Assembly (NCBI GenBank): GCA_002269645.1
Contig: NIVC01000282.1
Coordinates: 124,001 to 188,000 of the forward strand
Direction of reading: 5' to 3'
DNA: 64,000 bases
From: Macrostomum lignano
Lineage: Eukaryota
How positions within the stretch are numbered: the stretch's first letter is position 1; each line of letters begins with the position of its first letter. The notes below the pieces were generated by a model, which ran no database searches, was not told the origin of the DNA, and saw only the letters and a list, made by a program, of their open reading frames with translations. Below are positions 31,159-42,900 of this stretch, piece by piece. The position numbers were made by a program, and so were the translations under genes.

Positions 31159-33047
31159 TAAAACATATTTGTTAGGTCATTAGACAAATAACAATTACCT
31201 TAGATTAAAGCTTAATAAAGCCTAAATGCCAAATCTTATAATTATCCCTATTAAAAAAAGTTGTTAAATAGTAGATAGCTAGACTATCTGGTGCATTTTC
31301 AAAATGACCTTGCAATATAGCACAAGCACATTTTCAGTGAGATAAGGGGCCTAGCATTTGGTGCAGCACACTCATACATGCGCAACCTCCAAAATTTGGT
31401 CAGCCATGCAACTTAGTTTTAACAAAAATGTGACATAGTTTTTGGCCATAAATGCCACTTACATGAAAAAAGACCCTAATGCAAAATTAACGCAACTTTG
31501 GGTAAATGGCAGGAGTAACTATGATTGTCTTATTAAGTCAAAATGCCTCATCAGCTACTTAGTACTACTACTTTAGTTTTTTGGGTGGGAATTTTTGCGA
31601 CTTCCTTGGTTGGCCACCAAATCGGTCAGCAGGATCGGCCGACTCAGCCAACTGTTGTATATGTATGAGCACACTGCAATATAACATTTGGTATAGTGCT
31701 TGGAATCCATGTCAAAATGAGCATGTTGTTATTTTTATTCATCTATTTCATAAAATAGATGAAATATCAAAAGTTGAGAAAGTTATTAAGCATGTTTTGC
31801 ATAACACTATAACAATATTGTTTTGTTAGCAATGTCAGAGCAATGTAGAGTGCTAAAAAGGTCTTTTATTATTTTAATTGCAGGAAGGTCCTTTATTGTT
31901 ACAATGTCACAAGTCATAGGCCTAGTGCACTCTTTGTGACCCCTTGATATGGCCTATGTACCTTGGAGAGTAACCCCTTAGCTTGTTTTTATTTTTTACT
32001 AGACTTTTGATGTGTTTACAAATTTTCTAAATTTATTCCAATAGAGATGGTTATTAAATAAAGCTAGGAAAGTAGACAATAATTAACCATAGGCCCCTAT
32101 TATATTTAATTGCTATTATCATAGATAGCATCTGGCATAGATTGGCCTCTGGTAATGCAAGAACAATTTAGTAAGACATTTGATGCAGTTATTATTAAAT
32201 AACTATATAAAGACAACAAAACATTTTTTAAAAAACTTGCAGTATGATTTTGCTAAGGAGCTAGCCCTTTTAGGCCTCCCAACTGGCTGGGCCACGCCAA
32301 GGTTTAAGTTCCTTGATTTCTGCATCATCTGCCCCATTGGCTATAATTAAGATAGTTAGGCCTCATATTTATAGCTAGGTTTATTTATTTTTAGCCATAA
32401 AAGGCTTAGATAGGCCTAGACTATCTTGGAGTTGTGACAGGCCATAGTTTTAAATATATGAAGTCTAATAAGTCTATATTGGAATAAAAAGTGGCTTTGA
32501 AAAATTTATATTAGTATTAAATAATATAATAGTATGCTAATTTTTATTTTATTTTATTTTATTGACATATATGCTATGTCAAGCAATTGCTAAAGTCAAG
32601 ATCAAAATAATAAATAAATAAAATTAAATAATTTCCTATTAAAATTGCTACTTTTTATATAATAAGGTATAAAAGTTTTTTATATTAAGAAAGGTTTAAA
32701 AAATTATAAACCATTTTTAACAAACAAAAATAGAGATAATTAGGGACTTAACCTAAGTTTTTTGCCAAATCTAGCTTCCTGGTGTCACTGTCAGCAGAAT
32801 GACATTATTTGTGTACATAGGTTACTAGGGGGGCTCCACTTTATGAGCTTATGCTGACTGGCCCTTTCATGCTGACTTTACTAGAACTTTTATGGCTAAT
32901 TCTATATAGCTAAATCAGTGCTTAATTGTAAATCTCATGCATTCTCATGCTAGGCAGTGTTCTCAGCTGCACTGGTGACGACTCAAATAACCTCAAGGCT
33001 GCTTGGCACAATACACTAATAATAAGTGTCACTTATCCTATTGAGGC

Positions 33048-33803
33048 ATGACCACTCGCATAGCAGCTGTTGCCAATGCTGCCTATCAATTATTTTCGTC
33101 CGTCACTGAGCAGGGCGCGTCAAGCGTCAGCAAGGACGGCCTCGCCCGCCTGCTGCAGCTGCTGTCGAATGTCGGCACCAAGGATGTGGACTTTGACACC
33201 CGCCTCGTCACGGACGCCAGTGGCACTCACTCGCCGCCTGTGCTCTATCTGCACATAGTTGAGAATGCCGCACTGTCTATGGGCATATTTGTTCTGCGCC
33301 CCGGCGCCCGGATCCCGCTGCACGATCATCCGGACATGTTCGGCCTGTGCCGCCTCATCCACGGCAGTCTGCGCTGTCGCGCCTATTCGCCAGCCTCCGC
33401 CTCGGCCGCCGCAGCCGCCAAAGCCGCTCTGGCCGCTCGTCTGTTGCCTCGATGGCAGCTGCCCGAGCTGACTGCCGTCACCCTGTCTACTGACGGCGTG
33501 TTCACCTCTGCCTCACAGCCGCTCCTGCTGACCCCGTCTGAGGGCGGCTATCACGAGCTGCAGGCACTGGGCGACGGAGCGGCTTTTATTGACATCCTGG
33601 CGCCGCCGTACGATCACGACTTGGGCCAGCGGGTCTGCCGCTACTACCGGGAAGTGGCCCTGCCTAACAGCGAGGAACAGAATCGGCAGCATCTGTCAGC
33701 TGATGACGAGCAACAGTCTAAGCACGTCTACCTGCTAGAAATTCCCCAACCCAGGGACTTCGTCTGTGGCACCGTTGACTATACGGGTCCTAAAGTCACC
33801 TGA
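33048..33803 (+). CDS. ADO: 2-aminoethanethiol (cysteamine) dioxygenase, PCO/ADO family, single coding exon
   Basis: 251 aa; cupin motif IPLHDHPDMFGLCRLIHG and AAFIDILAPPYD. Confidence 0.9.
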   Translation: MTTRIAAVANAAYQLFSSVTEQGASSVSKDGLARLLQLLSNVGTKDVDFDTRLVTDASGTHSPPVLYLHIVENAALSMGIFVLRPGARIPLHDHPDMFGLCRLIHGSLRCRAYSPASASAAAAAKAALAARLLPRWQLPELTAVTLSTDGVFTSASQPLLLTPSEGGYHELQALGDGAAFIDILAPPYDHDLGQRVCRYYREVALPNSEEQNRQHLSADDEQQSKHVYLLEIPQPRDFVCGTVDYTGPKVT

Positions 33804-33944
33804 TTTTGTCTTCTGTAACATTTGGTTTTTTATTGTCATGATTGTTTTTCCCCGTACTTCCTTTTAATGTGTTTTTGTGCGTTCGTTTGTTGGCTTGAAA
33901 TATCCTCTGAGGGTAGTATTTGATGCTTAATACTGTTTAGTTAC

Positions 33945-34098
33945 TCAGTTTTGGCGCCATCAGTAACATCAGTTTTGGCGCCATCAGTAACATCAGTTTT
34001 GGCGCCATCAGTAACATCAGTTTTGGCGCCATCAGTAACATCAGTTTTGGCGCCATCAGTATCATCAGTTTTGGCGCCATCAGTATCATCAGTTTTGT
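33945..34098. repeat. 24-bp tandem repeat ATCAGTAACATCAGTTTTGGCGCC, ~6 copies
   Basis: Direct reading. Confidence 0.9.
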
Positions 34099-34834
34099 CG
34101 CCAATCAAACGCACTATGTGAATACCAAAATTATGCAAGTCAAAGCATCCGCAAAGGATTTGTGATGTTTGCGTCAAACGTTAATGCTACTGTAAATTGT
34201 AAAATAGTTCGGAAAATCATGATCCGTCATTGTAAAAGATCAATCTAACGATGTCTTCTGTCCATCCTAAAATTCGGATTTTGCACATCGCGTTCACCTA
34301 GTATTCTATCTGCAAAGATTTACAACTTTTACTAATATTTTCCCTGTTTCATTTGTTACGAGCTAAATATAAATAAATATATTCAGTTCTAAGTCAGTGT
34401 ATTTAGAATGTTTGTATTCATTACAGTCGCTAATCGCTTATAATAATAAATGTCTGTATATAAATCATTGCTTATTAGATTTTCAAAGATTTTTTAACTG
34501 AGTCGCTCTTCTGCAAAAACTGCCATCATTAATAAGTATACTCGTGCTCTGCGAATCCGTTGTTTTCATTTAATTCAATTCCGTTGTTTTTGTGTTGAAA
34601 TTTTCATTTCATATTTAATTATGTTTATCTTTTATCCCAGATACTGGAATATCAGAAAACTAGCTGTCACTTGCAATTGAAGTTGTGAAAAAGCAGAGCG
34701 TCTACTCATTTTTTCAGTAGTTGTCTGCGCAGTATCACTTAGATTTAATTGTTGCAGCTAAAATTGCCATTCCTTTCTCTTACCTTAGGAGCATCTGGTG
34801 TTAAAAACGAACAAATATTTAACTCGATTAGACA

Positions 34835-35075
34835 GACGAAGTCAGGCGGACGAAACTCAGTCTAGGGCAGGCCCAATCAAGCTCAGCCAATGAGAGAGCA
34901 GTAAAGAGAGGGCGAAGTCAGACGGACGAAACTCAGCCCTCAGCCTAGGGGTGCAGGCCCAATCTAGCTCAGCCAATAAGAGAGCAGTAAGGAGAGAAGT
35001 CAAAGTCAGACGGACGAAACTCAAAGTCAGACGCTAGATTAGGGCAGGCCCAATCTAGCTCAGCCAATGAGAGAG
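34835..35075. repeat. Triplicated ~80-bp unit, each with two CCAAT boxes
   Basis: GACGAAACTCA...GCAGGCCCAATCTAGCTCAGCCAATGAGAGAGCAG x3. Confidence 0.8.
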
Positions 35076-35749
35076 CAGAAAAACAGAGGTTAAATGTCAA
35101 GCGGGCAAGAGGAAATCCCAACTGTTTTATCTGTCCGCTAGAGCGCCACCCCTTTCTCTCTTTGTCGCTATGCCCACGCACTGGATTTGGGGTTTACAAG
35201 TTTTCCTGCAATCTTCGGTCTTAATTTTTTTTCTTTTTAAGTAACTTCGAGTTGGAGACCGTCTGAGGCGGAGGCATTCAATGGGGTTTGCTTGTAAAAA
35301 GCCAGAGTCGATTGTTGCAGTTTCAAAATTTTTATAGATTTTAAATTTGACTATTGCTAAGGCTAAAACGCTAATTTTACTACTGACAAAGAAGTAGATA
35401 AGCGAATTTTTGCGAGTGACATCTAGTTTATTCTACAGTATACTAGTATCTGTGTTCTTAAACACTAATTTGGTTTCGTGGCTGCCTCGAGTGACAAGTT
35501 ATAATTGTTAGTTTATAATGCTTGTTTGGCTTAGTATTGCATAAGGGCTGGCCATCCTTTGCCAAATAATAATTACCCTGGTGCGGACTGTCCGACTGGC
35601 TGATCCATTCGCTGTGCAGGATTTGGAATAATTTATTTATTTGTCTTGAGCTTAACTCTCTGTGCTTGTGGCTTACATTGAGAATTGCTTATATTAGTTT
35701 CCAAGTATCTATCTATCGGGAATCGGTTATGGGAATCGCCATTCATCAA

Positions 35750-36800
35750 AAGGAATCCCCATTCTACTGTAAGGGATTCGCCATTCTACCTGTAAGGGAA
35801 TCCCTATTCTACCTGTAAGGGAATCCCCATTCTACCTGTAAGGGAATCCCCATTCTACCTGTAGGGGAATCCCCATTCTACCCTGTAAGGGATTCGCCAT
35901 TCTACCTGTAAGGGAATCCCCATTCTACCTGTAAGGGAATCCCTATTCTACCTGTAAGGGAATCCCCATTCTACCTGTAAGGGAATCCCCATTCTACCTG
36001 TAGGGATTCGCCATTCTACCCTGTAAGGGAATCCCCATTCTACCTGTAAGGGAATCCCCATTCTACCTGTAAGGGAATCCCCATTCTACCTGTAAGGGAA
36101 TCCCTATTCTACCTGTAAGGGAATCCCCATTCTACCTGTAAGGGAATCCCCATTCTACCTGTAGGGATTCGCCATTCTACCCTGTAAGGGAATCCCCATT
36201 CTACCTGTAAGGGAATCCCCATTCTACCTGTAATGGAATCCCCATTCTACCTGTAAGGGAATCCCTATTCTACCTGTAAGGGAATCCCCATTCTACCTGT
36301 AAGGGAATCCCCATTCTACCTGTAGGGATTCGCCATTCTACCCTGTAAGGGAATCCCCATTCTACCTGTAAGGGAATCCCCATTCTACCTGTAAGGGAAT
36401 CCCCATTCTACCTGTAAGGGAATCCCCATTCTACCCTGTAAGGGAATCCCCATTCTACCTGTAAGGGAATCCCCATTCTACCTGTAAGGGAATCCCCATT
36501 CTACCTGTAAGGGAATCCCCATTCTACCCTGTAAGGGATTCGCCATTCTACCTGTAAGGGAATCCTCATTCTACCTGTAAGGGAATCCCTATTCTACCTG
36601 TAAGGGATTCGCCATTCTACCTGTGAGGGAATCCCCATTCTAATTGTAAGGGAATCCTTATTCTACCTGTAAGGGAATCCCCATTCTACCTGTAAGGGAA
36701 TCCCCATTCTATCTATAAAGTGATCGCCATTCTACCTGTAAGGGAATCCCCATTCTACCTGTAAGGGAATCCCCATTTTACCTATAAGGGAATCTCAATT
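35750..36800. repeat. Minisatellite, 23/24-bp unit GGGAATCCCCATTCTACCTGTAA
   Basis: Direct reading, ~45 copies. Confidence 0.96.
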
Positions 36801-37499
36801 CTACCTATAGTGAAAAATCGCATGTACAAAAACGAATAACATCTATCTACGAGTAATTAGTAGTTAGCCACTGTATGGTTGATACAATTTAATATCTCTA
36901 TGTTTTGCTCCCTGTTAGTGTCGCTGTTAGTATTGCTAAAGTTTTGCAGATAATATGGACTTTGAAATGTGAGGAACATGAGGAAAAACGCAAGCAGATG
37001 CCTCGCTAATTATCATCATCGCTCTGAGAGCGTATAGCGTTTCTTGTTTTTTCATCCATAATGCATTCATTTTGACGTTTCAGTTTCGCATTGCTGCCCG
37101 AAAAGCAAGCGGTTGCTAATTATATGCTGATTAAATTGACCGTGCAAGGCCGATCAATAGCCAGCACTAAGCATTGGCGCTGTGAACTTCGAAAAAAATA
37201 TACATATACAAGCTGTTGAAACCCGCGGATTTTGAACCCGGGGAATTCCAATCCCCAGAACTACTTTTGCATGTATTCTGAAATCTAAGACCATACACAA
37301 ACAAATTAATGTTAGTAGGATAGAGGTAGACATAAAATTAAGCACATTCGTGTAAAATTAGAGTTTGAGGCAAACGTTGATATTGTTTGCTGGGGTACTC
37401 CACAGAATGCCAGGCAATATCTGTCTGACTCTAAAACATGTATTGGCAAACTCTGGCCTCTCCCTGACTCTCCTATGTCCCTTGGATCCTTTAAAATTT

Positions 37500-38095
37500 C
37501 TATCGTCTCTCTGTTTCCTTTCTTCTCTCTCGTCCCTCGTCTCTCGTCTCTCTTCTCTCCTCTCTTCTCTCGTATCTTCCCTCATCACTCCTCTCTTTCA
37601 TCTCTCTTATCTCATCTCTTCCCTATTCTTTTCTCTCTCCTCTCCTCTCTCCTTTCTACTTTTCGTTTTCTCTCTGCTCTCCTCTCTCCTCTCTACTCTT
37701 TCGTTTTCTCTCTCCTCTCCTCTCTCCTCTCTCCCATCTTCTTTCGTATATTACCTCATCTTTCTTCTCTTTCATATCTCTTATCTCATCTCTTCCCTCT
37801 TCTTTTCTCTCTCCTCTTCTCACTCCTCTATCCCCCTCTTATCTCCTCTCTTCTCTATCCTTTCTACTCTCTCCTCTCTAATCTCTCCACTCCTCTTGAC
37901 CCTCTGTCATCTTCTTTCTGCTTTCTCATCTCTACTCTCTTCTCAATCTTCTCTACTCTCCTCTCTCATCGATCCTCTGTCTCATCTCTCGCCTCTTCTC
38001 ACCTTTACTCTTTCCTCTCCTTCCTTTCTCCCCTCCTCTCGCTTCTTCCTCCCTTCTTCTCTGCTCTCTCCTCACCACTTTTCCTTTTCACTTTC
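37500..38095. repeat. CT-rich low-complexity tract
   Basis: Polypyrimidine (CT/CTCCT)n; the ORFs over it are artefacts. Confidence 0.9.
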
Positions 38096-38739
38096 ATCTG
38101 GCCCGCAGCCATGAGCTGGATTCTTTATCTGGCCTTTGAGATAAAAATCTGCCAATCCCTGCTTCGAAAGTACTATCATGGTTGTTATCATTTCTCATGC
38201 TTTGATCACGTCATCTTTCTGGCCAATTAGCAGCCCTGAGAGGAATTTGTGTATCTCCATTCTCCAGCTCCACCACCAGTCTGCAGCAGTCTAACAACCA
38301 AGGAAATACGCATTTCTTAGGAGGCCATTTAAATTTTAAAGTTACCTTATGCGAACCTTAATGTTAAAATTTTCATGGTGTAACTAATTTAGTAGGATTG
38401 CATTGTAATCAGTTATTCATTAATTTTTCGCTATTTTTATAAACCATCCCATATCGCCTTGATTTGCCATCCCTGTTTAACTGCTGCGACTTGTCTATAC
38501 AGAGGACAGTAGTTTGAATCTCTCGCTAAACTCTCTCCTCTCTACGCCTCTCCACTCGCGGGGGTACAGAGAAAGCTATTAAAAAGTTATTCCAAAACAC
38601 TGTACATTCGCTATGTACATTGAGCCCTATCGCCTGATCCTTCGTCTGGGGGAATGAGTTGGATGAGCGGCAAACAACAGAAAAAGCAGACAAACTTCAC
38701 ATGCTTACAGTTTCTTTTTCGGTTGAGTTACAGAGTTGA

Positions 38740-39283
38740 AACTTTACATTTAGACAGAGAATGGGTCAATGAAGAATTGTGTCAAGTTTGAAGTCAATCG
38801 CTTTACGTGGAGCAAACTTATGGCGGCTGAAAGTTATTCAATTTTGAAACCCTTTTACACATCTGGGCCCAGATCGGGAAAGAGAGGCAGGCGGGCGGAG
38901 GTTGGGGTGGTTGCTACGCTAAAAAAACAGCCTAACTTTAAAAGTGCACAGCGCCGTTCAGGATTAACTTTGAGACTCGAAATTTTACACGATTGTGCCA
39001 AAATAGTTAAAGATTATCTGTGTCAAATTTGAAGAGAATCGGTAGAAGTGGAGCGGCGCTATGGAGGATTAAGTGAAAAAATCGCGCATTTTGAGCAGTT
39101 TTTTGTACTTTTAGGTAGGAAGATTTGAGTCTAGGAAATTTAAAGGTAGCCTAAGACATTCTCCGTAGTAAGTTTAGGGTGGGTGTAAAGTTTGGTGTCA
39201 TTTGGTTGAGCGGTTTGGGAGTCCATAGCGAAGTAATTTGTCAACAGACAGACAGACAGAGTTTTGGTTTTTATAGGTAGAGA
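38740..39283 (-). mobile_element. Possible non-autonomous Helitron/Helentron-like element
   Basis: Minus-strand start A|TCTCTACC followed by a (CTGT)n microsatellite; repeated TGTCAA(A/G)TTTGAAG..AATCG motifs; the other end was not defined. Confidence 0.4.
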
Positions 39284-39624
39284 TTGAATTTGAACGAAAA
39301 GACAAAAAACTTGACCTTTGCTTTTATTTCCTTTAACTTTTGTCTTTACTTAATAAATTGTGTTTACCTAGTTAATTACTAATTAATTATAGACGGCTTA
39401 AGAAGGACGGGAGGCTTCGTTTCTAAGAAAATCTTTAACGAAAGGCCGGCTTTACGCAAAATTACACCGCAGAGATAGAAATTTATCCTTTTTAGGACAA
39501 AATTAGCGTCAAAAATGACTAGATAAAATGACTATAATTTTATGGCGTTCCATTGTAAATATAAAAATGTATAGTATATGTATATTACGAGCCCGATATT
39601 TGACGGCATAATATTTAGGTTTCT

Positions 39625-39815
39625 GTTTTGCTAGGTTTTTGGTTTGGCTTGGGTTGGATTTGGCTTGGGTTGGATTTGGCTTGGGTTTGGCTTGGCTTGG
39701 GTTCGGCTTGGATTTGGCTTGGGTTGGATTTGGGCTTGGCTTGGATTTGGCTTGGGTTTGGCTTGGTTTGGGTTTGGCTTGGCTTGGGTTTGGATTTGGT
39801 TTGGGCTTGGGTTTG
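39625..39815. repeat. Pentamer-type microsatellite (TTGGC/TTGGG/TTGGA)n
   Basis: Direct reading. Confidence 0.9.
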
Positions 39816-39998
39816 GCGATCTCTAAGTTTTCTAAGAAACGGCGTTTCCTGCCCACTTAAGTCGTCCTTGTAGAAATCATTTAAATAGCGCTGCTAATGA
39901 TTTTAATAGTATTTTGTTTATATAAATATGGCCAATATATAACGGCAGCCCGCTACAAACTAGAAAATTTCAGATCTTATTCAACTATTTTTAAGGCA

Positions 39999-42900
39999 AT
40001 GAACGACTCTAAGGTTCAGGTAGGCATTAAGAAGGTGCCGTTGCACCTGCAGTCCGCACAGAATCGATTGCTAATCAAAGGAGGCCGAATCGTCAACGAC
40101 GACGGCGTACTCGATGCCGATGTGTACATTGAGGATGGCCTCATCAAGCAGGTCGGCTGCGGCCTCATGACACCTGGCGGCGTGCGGGTCATCGACGCTG
40201 CTGGCATGCTGGTGATGCCAGGCAAGTTCGGCTTGGCCTCATCACTTATGGCATGTCTGACCCACTCTGCCAATCTGACTCAATTCTCCTTCTAGACTAT
40301 CCTGACCAATCTCACGCTACCCTGACCCATCTCGGGCTATCCTGACCCATCTCGGACTGTCCTGACCCACCCATCGCAGGCTATCCTGACCCATCTCGGG
40401 CTATCCTGACCCATCTCGGACTGTCCTGACCCACCCATCGCAGGCTACCCTGACCCATCTCGGGCTATCCTGACCCATCTCGGACTGTCCTGACACACCC
40501 ATCGCAGGCTATCCTGACCCATCTCGGACTGTCCTGACCCACCCATCGCAGGCTATCCTGACCCATCTTGGACTGTCCTGACCCACCCATCGCAGGCTAT
40601 CCTGACCCATCTCAGGCTATCCTGACCCATCTTAGACTACTCTGACCTATCTCAGGCTATCCTGACCCATCCTAGGCTACCCTGACCCATCTCCGGCTAC
40701 CCTGACCCATCTCGGGCTATCCTGACCCATCTCGGACTGTCCTGACCAACCCATCGCAGGCTATCTTGACCCATCTCGGACTGTCCTGACCAACCCATCG
40801 CAGGCTATCCTGACCCATCTCACGCTATCCTGACCCATATCAGGCTATCCTGACCCATCGCAGGCTATCCTGACCCATATCAGGGTACCCTGAACCATCT
40901 CAGGCTACCCTGACCCATCTCAGGCTATCCTGACCCATCTCAGGCTCTCGGGCTATCCTGACCCATCTCAGGCTCTCGGGCTATCCTGACCCATCTCGGG
41001 CTCTCGGGCTATCCTGGCCTATCTTAACTATCCTTACCTACTCGCTGCAGGCGGCATAGACGCGCACACCCGCTTTCAAATGCCGTTTATGGACATCCAA
41101 TCGGCCGATGATTTCTACACCGGAACCCGAGCCGCTCTGGCCGGCGGCACAACCACCGTGATCGACACCGTAGCCTGCGAGCGCGACGCCTCCATGGTGG
41201 ACTGGTTCAATCGCTACCGGGCCTGGGCTGACGAAAAGGCCTGCTGCGACTACGGCCTGCGCGTGGTTGTGCCGCAGTGGTCCGGCCAGAAGACCGCCGA
41301 CGAGATGGCCGCCCTGGTGAAAGAGCACGGCATCAATGCTTTCCACTGCCACATGTCGTATCCGGGCGTCTGGCTGCTAGAAGACGACGAATTGTTGAGC
41401 GTCTTCCAGACCTGCCGCAGGCTGGGCGCTCTTGCCCAGGTGCACGCCGAGAATGGCAAGGTGAGGGAGATTATAAGCGATAGACATGTGTAAATAATTA
41501 ATGGACAGGTGTACATAAGCGATAGACATGTGTAAATAATTGATGGACAGGTGTACATAAGCGATAGACATGTGTAAATAATTGATGGACAGGTGTACAT
41601 AAGCGACAGACAGGTGTAAATAATTGATGGACAGGTGTACATAAGCGATAGACATGTGTAAATAATTGATGGACAGGTGTACATAAGCGACAGACAGGTG
41701 TAAATAATTGATGGACAGGTGTACATAAGCGATAGACTGGCGTACATAATTAGTCAACGGACAAGGGTAGACCGGGGTATTAAGGGTCGAGATTATGACA
41801 GGTGCAGGCCGCTGTCAGGTGCAGGCATCTGTATGCATCAGACAGGTGCAGGCATACAAATCAGACAGGTGCAGGCATACAGATCAGACAGGTGCAGGCA
41901 TACAGATCAGACAGGTGCAGGCATACAGATCAGACAGGTGCAGGCATACAGATCAGACAGGTGCAGGCATACAGATCAGACAGGTGCAGGCATACAGATC
42001 AGGCAGGTGCAGGCATGCAGATCAGGCAGGTGCAGGCATACAGATCAGACAGGTGCAGGCATACAGATCAGACAGGTGCAGGCATACAGATCAGACAGGT
42101 GCAGGCATACAGATCAGACAGGTGCAGGCATACAAATCAGACAGGTGCAGGCATACAGATCAGACCAGTTAACACAACACTGCACGCAGGTAATCGAGCG
42201 CAAAGCTGACCAGCTGATGTCGCAGGGCATCTACGGTCCTGAGGGCCATGCCTATTCCCGGCCGGAGCGAATGGAAGTTGAAGCCACTGTACGCGCCCTG
42301 TGCATAGCCGATGCAGCTAATTGTCCGCTCTACGTGCTGCCCGTGACCAGCCCTGAAGCTGCCGACGCCATCGCTTGCGCTAGGCGAACCACCGGGCAGG
42401 CCTGCTTCGGCGAGGTCAGCCCGGCCGCTCTGGCCTGCGACGATTCCGTCTATCAGGTAAGATTGAGCCAATGCGCCCGGCCAAAACCCGTTGAAAGCGT
42501 TACCGTGACAAGAATCGCTAAAAATTCATTGCAAACAACTCATTACCGACTCTTGTGACTCTTTAACGACTCAGACGCGCGACAGAGAGGCGACTGGTGC
42601 GTTGTAGAATCGTAAAAAGAGTCGCGAAAAAGTGTCGTTGTATTGTTGGCGCCTAACTTTGGCTAGAGATGTGACTCTAATTCATCAAGCAACGTAGATG
42701 CGCTTCACACACAACTAAAGTGATTCTGCAGCGAATCTAGACCGTCTCAAACACGACTCTAAGGCCTCAGAGCGAGTCTAAGTCTTGACTCTTAGGCGAC
42801 TCTTTGACGACTTTTTGGAGACTTGTTTTCATCAAGAAAGACCCAGCACGCAGTCTCGTGTTAGATGTGTTCTCAGTCTGTCAGGAATTCATGCTGCTGA

